Source of the DNA: Gammaproteobacteria bacterium
GTDB lineage: Bacteria > Pseudomonadota > Gammaproteobacteria > UBA9214
Length of the DNA: 40,872 bases
Direction of reading: 5' to 3'
NCBI GenBank assembly: GCA_049664445.1
Contig: JBATFE010000468.1
Span: forward strand, 1 to 40,872
Position 1 is the first letter of the stretch. The number at the start of each line of letters is the position of its first letter. The position numbers were made by a program, and so were the translations under genes. Of this stretch, positions 1 to 6,365 are shown one piece after another. The notes beneath the pieces are model-generated. The model worked only from the letters and a program-made list of their open reading frames with translations, was not told the DNA's origin and ran no database searches.

Positions 1-97
1 AGATTTGATGAGGTCCGTTTACCATTATCTCGGATATCTCGCCGTCATTCATAATGTCTTCGAAAGAGCTATATCTTGCTTCTGAAGACTCTGTCAT
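1..97 (-). CDS. 5' fragment of a CDS running off the left edge. The N-terminus resembles the T2SS/T4SS/Tad-type secretion ATPase family (CpaF/VirB11-like).
   Basis: Minus-strand ATG at 95-97, preceded by AGGAGGA. Translation is MTESSEARYSSFEDIMNDGEISEIMVNGPHQI. The EIMVNGP motif is typical of the N-domain of CpaF/VirB11/PilT-like ATPases. Only about 32 codons are visible. Confidence 0.3.
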   Translation of the reverse strand, partial: MTESSEARYSSFEDIMNDGEISEIMVNGPHQI

Positions 98-127
98 GTC
101 TCCTCCTGAATTTTTAGTTACATCAAA

Positions 128-201
128 TGTGCGATACAGGATTCGAACCTGTGACCTTTTGCATGTCAAGCAAATGTTCTAACCAACTGAGCTAACCGCA
201 T
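128..201 (-). tRNA. tRNA-Val (anticodon GAC), no encoded CCA
   Basis: The reverse complement reads ATGCGGT TA GCTCAGTTGGTTAGAAC A TTTGC TTGACAT GCAAA AGGTC ACAGG TTCGAAT CCTGT ATCGCAC A. It folds as a cloverleaf with GAC in the anticodon loop and closely resembles E. coli tRNA-Val(GAC). Two stem positions are A.C mismatches (1-72 and 11-24). Confidence 0.75.
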
Positions 202-309
202 TGCGGTTTTCCCTCAGCGAGGGCGCAAAGTATACACGCTGCAAACGCTGCACGGGATTGAAGAACCCTATAGTGGGAGTGCAGGTCGGGCGGGTATCGC
301 TAACGAGCC

Positions 310-492
310 ATGGGAAGGTTTTTGATTGAGCTGAAAACACCGTATCGGGATGATACCATCCATGTAATTATCGAGACCGTGGACTTCATTGCCAAGTTGG
401 CCGCCCTGCTGCCCGGGGTTAATTTGACCTACCATCACAACCTGGCATCGGGAAAAAGTGACTTTCCAAAACTATCGCACAGAACAGACTAA
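310..492 (+). pseudogene. Remnant of an IS91-family (Y2/HUH) transposase, C-terminal segment only
   Basis: The translation LKTPYRDDTIHVIIETVDFIAKLAALLPGVNLTYHH matches the conserved IS91-family block (LKTPWRDGTTHv.f.PldFiaRLAALVP.PR.nL.R(F/Y)HGV). An in-frame stop lies immediately upstream (301-303). No catalytic domain or N-terminal zinc domain is present. Confidence 0.5.
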
Positions 493-529
493 ACTACATG
501 TTATAAATAATGCGTGGAGGTAAAAAGAG

Positions 530-1090
530 ATGGGCGCTGGTGTACTACCCTTTACTGTAACCAACGGCAAGGTCTTCTTTTTGTTTCAAACTACATTTAG
601 CGGGAGGAAAGCAGGCCACCTTATCGACTTTGGCGGCGGACTGGGTGCAGGTGAAGACTTCCAGGATACAGCCATACGTGAGTTTGTCGAAGAAACTGAA
701 ACAATGTATTTTGCCGATGATTTACAGGTGGCGTACCGGACTGTTGAAAGAGTCAAACATCAGATTCCAATAGTTGAGAAGCTGTTTGATGAGACCCTGT
801 CTGTTCATCCACATTGGTGGTGTAAACGGGCACCTGGAAACCCAAATAACCCAAAGCTGTGGAAAACATTTTTTATAGAATTTCCGTATCGGGATATCGA
901 GGAACTGAACCGGGAATGGGCGGCCAGCACCAACGGTCGATTCAGGAAAAGACGTGAATTATTCTGGGTAGCCGGGAGTGAGCTACTCTCCATCTATGAC
1001 AATGCTCCCGACAAATTATGGAAGCGTGTCCGGCAACTGGAAAACGCGCAAGAGACTGTTCACTCTATCCTGAAAAGCAAGGAGTCCTGA
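530..1090 (+). CDS. Nudix-family hydrolase
   Basis: Nudix box GGGLGAGEDFQDTAIREFVEETE (G-x5-E-x7-REUxEExG/T-like). GGAGG lies 9 nt upstream of the ATG. Confidence 0.7.
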   Translation: MGAGVLPFTVTNGKVFFLFQTTFSGRKAGHLIDFGGGLGAGEDFQDTAIREFVEETETMYFADDLQVAYRTVERVKHQIPIVEKLFDETLSVHPHWWCKRAPGNPNNPKLWKTFFIEFPYRDIEELNREWAASTNGRFRKRRELFWVAGSELLSIYDNAPDKLWKRVRQLENAQETVHSILKSKES

Positions 1091-1132
1091 TCAACCTCAC
1101 GTGTTACCGGAACCAGGGATAATGTGGGCTGA

Positions 1133-1375
1133 TCAATCCTCAACATCTTGCGTTGATCCTTTTGCGGTACTCCGCAGTGTCCTGTCGGGTTTCAGTCCGC
1201 CATCCAGCGTTACCATCTCCACCCCATTCATGACCTTTATCGTGATCCCGTTCTCAGCGAGCTTCTCGATGCCTTCATACCGAATTCCCTGCGGAAAGCG
1301 GTCGATCTCAAAGCATTCAAGCCCCGGCACGGGATCGATATCGGAGGTGGAGTGCTGTTTGTTATACTCACCCAT
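1133..1375 (-). pseudogene. N-terminally truncated paralogue of the small lipoprotein gene at 2746-3024. It lacks the signal peptide and lipobox.
   Basis: Identity to the 2746-3024 product is 40/59 residues by eye (GLECFE..R.P.G..YEGIEKLAEN..TI..MNGVE.VTLD.GL.PD.TL). An in-frame TAG lies directly upstream of the first Met. One of the two Cys residues of the intact copy is replaced (LDGGL versus LDCGL). Confidence 0.45.
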
Positions 1376-1402
1376 GCACTGCTAGCAGAGGTGAAGTTCA
1401 TC

Positions 1403-1825
1403 ATGGTACTTGTCAAACTGGAAGATAACCTAAAGCTGGATATTCCGGAAATTGATTCCCAGCACGAGACATTGATTGGGTTGATAAACCTGCTCCATGA
1501 AACCATGCTGCAAGGGGCAGACAAAACAACCCTGGATGGAATCCTGTCGCAGCTTTTAGAGCACACACAGACCCACTTTTCCTATGAAGAGCAGTTGATG
1601 TCGCAGTACAACTATCCGGGTTACGAGGCACACAAATTAGAGCACCACAGGCTCATACAGCATCTGCTGGACCTGACCGAGCGTTATAAACATGGTGAGC
1701 TTCTGCTCTCTTTCGCCGTCGTGCTCGAGCTCAAGGGCTGGGCTGTAGTTCATATCGAAAAGTCCGATAAACCACTGGGTACCTTTCTGCATGGTCAGAA
1801 GGGAGTCGATTCAACACCAGGTTAG
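1403..1825 (+). CDS. Bacteriohemerythrin-like metal-binding protein
   Basis: N-terminal LKLDIPEIDSQHETLIGLINLLHE matches the hemerythrin signature (W.d.l.vgi..iD.qH..L). Further His and Asp ligand positions are HTQTHFSYEE, EAHKLEHHRL and VHIEKSD. The ATG at 1403 is preferred over the upstream ORF start, and GAGGTG lies 9 nt upstream. Confidence 0.75.
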   Translation: MVLVKLEDNLKLDIPEIDSQHETLIGLINLLHETMLQGADKTTLDGILSQLLEHTQTHFSYEEQLMSQYNYPGYEAHKLEHHRLIQHLLDLTERYKHGELLLSFAVVLELKGWAVVHIEKSDKPLGTFLHGQKGVDSTPG

Positions 1826-1865
1826 TTCCACTCGGTCCCAGGTTCGAGTCCTGGTGTGACCACCA
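1793..1865 (+). other. tRNA-like remnant: intact T-arm, 3' acceptor strand, discriminator and CCA, with degenerate D and anticodon arms
   Basis: CCAGG TTCGAGT CCTGG TGTGACC A CCA at 1838-1865. A 5' GGTCAGA at 1793-1799 pairs 6/7 with the 3' acceptor strand. The internal 38 nt do not fold into canonical D or anticodon arms. The remnant overlaps the last codons and stop of the hemerythrin gene. Confidence 0.45.
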
Positions 1866-2094
1866 CTTCCCAAAAAATACATGGCGTTGTGTCGTCGAGG
1901 CCGGGAGCCATAGTCCCTTGGTGGACCCATAGCGGTGGCATTATTAGCCTCGATGCGGATGACTGGCCATGGGATTCACAACATTTGGTGGAATACTTTC
2001 TCGGACATTTATTGCCATCAATCTCACATAGCCCGGTGGCTTTGTGCTATCAGCATATCATTCGCTTGCTGTAAGGACTGGAATTGAATGACGC

Positions 2095-2694
2095 TCAGCG
2101 TCTGTTGAAAACTGCCTTGAGTATGTAATGCGCAGGAATGAATATCAATAACGGATAAGCACACATCAGCAGCACCAGGTACAAGGGTCCTGACACCCAT
2201 GTTTGAGGTGGGTTACCTATACCAAATACCCAGTTGAGGTTCCTTTCTGGATCGGTCGCCAGATAACAGAACGGAAGCAGGATCCAGATCAATAGTGTCT
2301 GCGCATATACGGCCCGCGTGTCGTAGCCCAGCCGATGGATCATCCAGAGCAACAGTAGAGGGAGCATAACGTGAAACAATGAAAAGAATTTGAACAGTGG
2401 CGTGTAACGGGATTCAAACATGTAACCAGTGGCATTGAGGCCAATTACATCGAAGCCTGAAATCAAACGGAGAAAAAAGTCCAGGTTCCAGGCGAACTCC
2501 GGCAGCAATACGCCAACTGCCATCATGCTGGTCAGAAAACGGTTTTCCATCCAGAGGGCCGGTACGATAGCCAAAAGTGCAACGTCTGATAACCAGAGAA
2601 AATTCGCTGGTCCCCGCTCCACCCAGTAAACAGGCACAAGAACACAGACAAATATCGTGTAGGGTATCTTTATCCACGCGGAAAGCATCATCAA
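2095..2694 (-). CDS. Polytopic inner-membrane protein, function unknown
   Basis: 199 aa with about 6 hydrophobic helices. It lies directly downstream of, and on the same strand as, the lipoprotein gene at 2746-3024. No motif was recognised. Confidence 0.65.
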   Translation of the reverse strand: MMMLSAWIKIPYTIFVCVLVPVYWVERGPANFLWLSDVALLAIVPALWMENRFLTSMMAVGVLLPEFAWNLDFFLRLISGFDVIGLNATGYMFESRYTPLFKFFSLFHVMLPLLLLWMIHRLGYDTRAVYAQTLLIWILLPFCYLATDPERNLNWVFGIGNPPQTWVSGPLYLVLLMCAYPLLIFIPAHYILKAVFNRR

Positions 2695-2745
2695 TCGCCT
2701 ATTCCGGCGGGGAAAAGGCCTCTGTATTGGTGCAACTCATGGAAA

Positions 2746-3024
2746 TTATTTCCCGGTATTCTGTAGCGTCCCATCCGGGTTCAGTCCGCAATCCAGTGTC
2801 ACCACTTCCACTCCGTTCATGATCCTTATTGTCAGCACATTCTCAGCAAGTTTCTCAATGCCTTCATACTGGGTTCCCGGCGGAAGACGGTGGAGCTCGA
2901 AGCATTCAAGTCCCAGCTTGGGATCGACATCTGGAGCGGCGTGCCGTTGATCACAAGAGACAAGGAATGCCGTCAGGGCGAGTTGAACGATCAGGGTGAG
3001 AATTCGCATGCTCGGGGCTCTCAT
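2746..3024 (-). CDS. Small lipoprotein, function unknown (intact copy of a duplicated gene)
   Basis: The signal peptide ends in the lipobox LVSC (MRILTLIVQLALTAFLVSC). The mature part has two Cys residues. An alternative start is at 3009. It is a paralogue of 1133-1375. Confidence 0.6.
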   Translation of the reverse strand: MRAPSMRILTLIVQLALTAFLVSCDQRHAAPDVDPKLGLECFELHRLPPGTQYEGIEKLAENVLTIRIMNGVEVVTLDCGLNPDGTLQNTGK

Positions 3025-3443
3025 CAGTTCTGGTTGAAGAATAGTATACCGGATGGTGCATTAAGCAGCCGTTCGTCAGTCTCCACGATTAGCTGGCTAC
3101 TGAAAAAACAATTGGCATATTATCACTGTATCCCAACCCTATCCCGGGACTGCCCACATCATTCATATTTTTATCACAAACCAAGTCCTTTTAGTTAAAT
3201 GCGTAATCAGTCTGCTACGGCATTTCAAGCTTACGATGTAAAAACAGAGTGTGCTTACTTTCCTTTCCCTGTTTTTCTGCTGCTCTTGGCGATAGGGTTT
3301 TAACCCCACCCACCAACCCTCTCGCTCATAATTCCAGCTTACTGTAATTGATCGGCATGGCAGGAAGGGAAGCCAGATCACTTTACGATCGCACCACGGC
3401 GGATCAGGATAATGAAACGGCGTACTTTGACAGGTCATCTTGT

Positions 3444-3470
3444 CATGACTGATATACAGTTTCAGTCATG
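3444..3470. repeat. Perfect 9-bp inverted repeat (CATGACTGA, 9 nt spacer, TCAGTCATG) covering the ATG of the 3468 ORF
   Basis: Read directly from the sequence at 3444-3452 and 3462-3470. Confidence 0.6.
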
Positions 3471-3776
3471 CAGAGGGAGAAAGACAACACAGATAAAAGA
3501 CGCCTTCATGAAACGGTTCTTTATGCTGTGGTAGATAGTGAGCGCAAGGATGTGGTTACCAGCATCTTTTATGCTGGCTGGATGGTTTCCGGTCTAACCA
3601 TTATTTTTCTCGCATTAAAATATGGCAATGAGGCCGCATTGATGGCTTTGCTGGCAGCAGGTGTTGCTGGCATCATTCTTTGGCTGTTCAATAATTGGTG
3701 GAAATACAGGCTCTATGTGAAGTATTCACCGGACTATAAAACACAAGGGCAGCTTTATACCGGGAAATCCGATTAA
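3468..3776 (+). CDS. Hypothetical small membrane protein (2 predicted TM helices)
   Basis: ORF of 102 aa with two hydrophobic stretches (IFYAGWMVSGLTIIFLAL and ALLAAGVAGIILWLF). No clear RBS and no recognisable family. Confidence 0.35.
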   Translation: MQREKDNTDKRRLHETVLYAVVDSERKDVVTSIFYAGWMVSGLTIIFLALKYGNEAALMALLAAGVAGIILWLFNNWWKYRLYVKYSPDYKTQGQLYTGKSD

Positions 3777-3870
3777 CAACGCGTAAAGAGGGGTGACCTG
3801 GATTATCGCAGGTCGGATAGAATGTGAAGAGCAAGCAAGTAGAACGTGGCTAACATTCAACCTGCTGTTA

Positions 3871-4368
3871 TCAGTAGAAGAACATGTAACCTGCAGCGAC
3901 AACGACGATGGTAACAAGCAAATAGGTGAGCATATTGCCCTCATCCTGTTGCGCAGCAATGGCCGAGATGAACTCCCGGGCCTCTTGTACCAGTTCCTGA
4001 ATCGCGGCCTGGTGTTTGACCATAACTTCCTTGACGTTGGCACGTTTCAGCTCCGCTTCCCTCGCGACGTCCTCACGGGTCGTGTGATAGTGTTTTACGT
4101 TTACGTACTTGCTCCCGGACATGGCCTCGTCATTTCCGGCTGACATCAATTCATCCTCCAGTTGCTGTATCCGGTCTCTTTCCCACGCGTTGATGTTTGC
4201 TAACTTCCGTTCATAGACTGTATGACACAGTCTGAATATAGCGTCACCACGTCCCTGCTCCGCCCAGGAGACCAGCTTCTCGGGTGCTATTAACTCGGCC
4301 GTCACAGCACCAGGGCTTGCTGTCTCTGAATACAGGTGCTGCGGGAGTTCCAATTCGGATATCTTCAT
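3871..4368 (-). CDS. Hypothetical tail-anchored protein with a charged, probably coiled-coil region
   Basis: The ORF ends in a single C-terminal TM helix (LTYLLVTIVVVAAGYMFFY), preceded by a charged helical region (ERDRIQQLEDEL..., AREAELKRANVKEV). The ATG at 4368 is preferred over the GTG at 4395. No family recognised. Confidence 0.5.
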   Translation of the reverse strand: MKISELELPQHLYSETASPGAVTAELIAPEKLVSWAEQGRGDAIFRLCHTVYERKLANINAWERDRIQQLEDELMSAGNDEAMSGSKYVNVKHYHTTREDVAREAELKRANVKEVMVKHQAAIQELVQEAREFISAIAAQQDEGNMLTYLLVTIVVVAAGYMFFY

Positions 4369-4390
4369 GTAGTGCCCCGGATGGCTGATT

Positions 4391-4408
4391 ATCACAATAT
4401 ATTGTGAT
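4391..4408. promoter_or_regulatory. Perfect 18-bp palindrome ATCACAATATATTGTGAT, a candidate operator
   Basis: Self-complementary on direct reading. It sits about 23 nt upstream of the 4368 start, in the divergent region shared with the MerR/ParA operon. Confidence 0.45.
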
Positions 4409-4614
4409 CCACCTTCAATTTGGGGTCATTTTACGGAATACGGTGAGAGATACCAATACCTGTCTTCGAACTGGCGGTACAAGGCGCTTTGTTGCCACAG
4501 CCGCGCCTTTACAGCGTTGCTCGGGAGCTCTGTTCCAGCACTCGGGTGATGGCATGGTTATACCAACCCTCAAACATAAAAAGCCGACAAAAGCAGGAAT
4601 TATTGTTGCATTTC

Positions 4615-4642
4615 TTGACAAATGTGGCCGCTCAAGCATAAT
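4615..4642 (+). promoter_or_regulatory. Near-consensus sigma70-type promoter for the MerR/ParA operon
   Basis: TTGACA (4615-4620), a 16-nt spacer, then CATAAT (4637-4642), about 40 nt upstream of the TTG start at 4681. Confidence 0.5.
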
Positions 4643-4680
4643 GGCCGAAATTCAGTTGACCTCAACGAGGATTTTTTCTA

Positions 4681-5157
4681 TTGGATCAGGGGTTTTCCAC
4701 AAGCCAGGTCTGCAGGCTCACCGGTCTGAGTGCGCGACAGCTGGGATACTGGCGCAAGACCGGGCTGCTCTCCCCGGCGCAACACACACCTGGCGGACAT
4801 GCCCGCTACAGTTTTATTGACCTCATCTCATTGAAAACCGCAAGCCGGCTGATCGCCGCGGGTGTTTCCGTACAACGCATCCGGCAATGCCTGCAGTCAT
4901 TAAGTCGCTTTCTGCCAAACACCGACACCCCGCTTCAGGAACTCTCACTGGTGGCCACCGGCGATGTGGTGCTGGTATTGCGCAGTGGTGCCGCCTTTGA
5001 TGCCCTGACAGGTCAGGAATGGATACTCCAGGTAGCCGATTTTGAACGCGAGGCCCGGCAGTTGTTAAGCAATCACTCAGTGCCTCGTCAGCGGGAGCTT
5101 TTCAGGGAGCCCTCCGCCCCGAATTTGGAAAAAATAAATCGTTTAAGCCAGGGATAG
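4681..5157 (+). CDS. MerR-family helix-turn-helix protein, first gene of a 4-gene operon
   Basis: FSTSQVCRLTGLSARQLGYWRKTGLLSP...GGHARYSFIDLISLKTASRLIAAGVSVQRIRQCL is a typical MerR-type HTH plus wing. The HTH begins at residue 5, so the TTG at 4681 (GAGGA 9 nt upstream) is the only plausible start. Confidence 0.75.
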   Translation: MDQGFSTSQVCRLTGLSARQLGYWRKTGLLSPAQHTPGGHARYSFIDLISLKTASRLIAAGVSVQRIRQCLQSLSRFLPNTDTPLQELSLVATGDVVLVLRSGAAFDALTGQEWILQVADFEREARQLLSNHSVPRQRELFREPSAPNLEKINRLSQG

Positions 5158-5262
5158 CCGTTGTCAATAATCAGGGCCAAGCGATACCAGTGGCGGGCTA
5201 CCGGTATCCGGATACCCGTATAAAGCGTGGTTTGTAAACAGGCCACGATGGAGGAAGCCAGC

Positions 5263-6354
5263 ATGCATGTCATTGCAATTGTCAACCAGAAGGGAGGCTG
5301 TGGAAAAACCACCACGGCCATCAATCTTTCCGCTGCACTGGGGCAGCAGAATGCACGCGTATTACTCATCGATATGGACCCCCAGGGGCATGCATCGCTG
5401 GGACTCGGGGTGGCGGGTGCCGAACTGGCGGGTCTCTATGAGCTACTGAAAGGCGAGTGTCGCCTGGACGAGGTCATCCAGTCGGGCGTCACCCGGGGCG
5501 TGGACCTCATCCCGGGTAATATTTCACTGGCTGCAGCCGAGCATTTGCTTGCCGATCAAGCGGACAGGGATCGTCAGTTGGCACGGCATCTGGCGATGCT
5601 CGGGGGGCGTTATGACTGTGTAGTCCTCGATTGCCCGCCGGCGCTGGGTCTGCTGTCGGTGAATGCATTGCGGGCCGCAGACCGTGTCGTGATACCGGTG
5701 GAGCCCAGCCTCTATTCACTGGATGGTATCGAGCGCTTGCGGGAGACCATCTACCTGCTTGCCAGCCAGTATGACATGCAGCCATCCGTTACCCTGCTTG
5801 CCAACATGTTCGACGTCCGCACGCGCATCGCTCGCAACATGTTCGAGATGCTGGAGTCACTCCCGATCGATCTGTGTGCTACCCGGATACGCAATTCTGT
5901 ACGCGTGCGTGAAGCGGCCTGTCACGGGGCTCCATTGACCGATCATGCACCACGTGCCCCGGTAACCGGTGATTTCCGGAACCTGGCGGAGGAGCTGCTC
6001 GGTAGCATGCTGCAGCACGTGCGCAGTGAAAAGGCACACGCCATCGAAACACAAGCTGATAATCCTGCTGCCGCCACCATGATTACCGAAAGCGACAACC
6101 TGAAAGAAGTGGTGTTCCGCTTCGACAATACGAAATTTAAACGGGTGCAGATTGCCGGAGAATTCAATAACTGGGTTCCTGACAAGAACGTGGAAACCGA
6201 AATTCAGGATGGTGCCGTGCAGAAGAAACTGCGGGTGAGGCCCGGGGGATATGAATATCGTCTGATCATCGACGGTGTCTGGCAACAGGACCCGGCGAAT
6301 CCGAATGCGGCACCCAATGATATGGGGGAATACAATTCGCTATTAAACGTTTGA
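5263..6354 (+). CDS. ParA/Soj-type deviant Walker A ATPase fused to a C-terminal CBM48/AMPK-beta-like glycogen-binding domain
   Basis: N-terminus MHVIAIVNQKGGCGKTTTAINLSAAL (KGGxGKT with the signature lysine), then LLIDMDPQG and VVLDCPP. The C-terminal 85 aa (VVFRFDNTKFKRVQIAGEFNNWVPDK...GGYEYRLIIDGVWQQDPANP...GEYNSLLNV) align with the AMPK beta CBM (GSFNNW, YKFFVDGQW.HDP, VNNI). GGAGGA lies 7 nt upstream of the ATG at 5263. Confidence 0.85.
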   Translation: MHVIAIVNQKGGCGKTTTAINLSAALGQQNARVLLIDMDPQGHASLGLGVAGAELAGLYELLKGECRLDEVIQSGVTRGVDLIPGNISLAAAEHLLADQADRDRQLARHLAMLGGRYDCVVLDCPPALGLLSVNALRAADRVVIPVEPSLYSLDGIERLRETIYLLASQYDMQPSVTLLANMFDVRTRIARNMFEMLESLPIDLCATRIRNSVRVREAACHGAPLTDHAPRAPVTGDFRNLAEELLGSMLQHVRSEKAHAIETQADNPAAATMITESDNLKEVVFRFDNTKFKRVQIAGEFNNWVPDKNVETEIQDGAVQKKLRVRPGGYEYRLIIDGVWQQDPANPNAAPNDMGEYNSLLNV

Positions 6355-6365
6355 CGGGGGGAGTC

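Noticed and set aside
232-300. A CKRC motif (YTRCKRCTGLKNPIVGV) in another frame just upstream of the IS91 fragment, which might be the transposase zinc-binding motif.
   Set aside because: In IS91-family transposases, as I recall them, the CxxC that resembles this lies C-terminal to the LKTPWRDGTTH block, not before it. The match is short and in a different frame, so it is probably coincidental.
1856-2074. A 72-aa ORF after the tRNA-like relic, with a faint resemblance (HLVEYF...IRLL) to the C-terminus of IS5-family DDE transposases.
   Set aside because: The similarity covers only a few residues with the wrong spacing relative to other transposase motifs. No start or RBS support and no inverted repeats were seen.
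3163-3438. A 91-aa minus-strand ORF in the 440-bp gap between the lipoprotein gene and the 3468 ORF.
   Set aside because: It has a Trp-, Cys- and Arg-rich composition, no RBS and no recognisable motif, so it is probably a chance ORF in intergenic DNA.
4391-4408. Possible CRP/FNR-type site, because the palindrome contains TGTGA and TCACA half-sites.
   Set aside because: The half-sites are in the opposite arrangement (TCACA-N6-TGTGA) from the CRP consensus TGTGA-N6-TCACA. It is kept only as a generic operator candidate.
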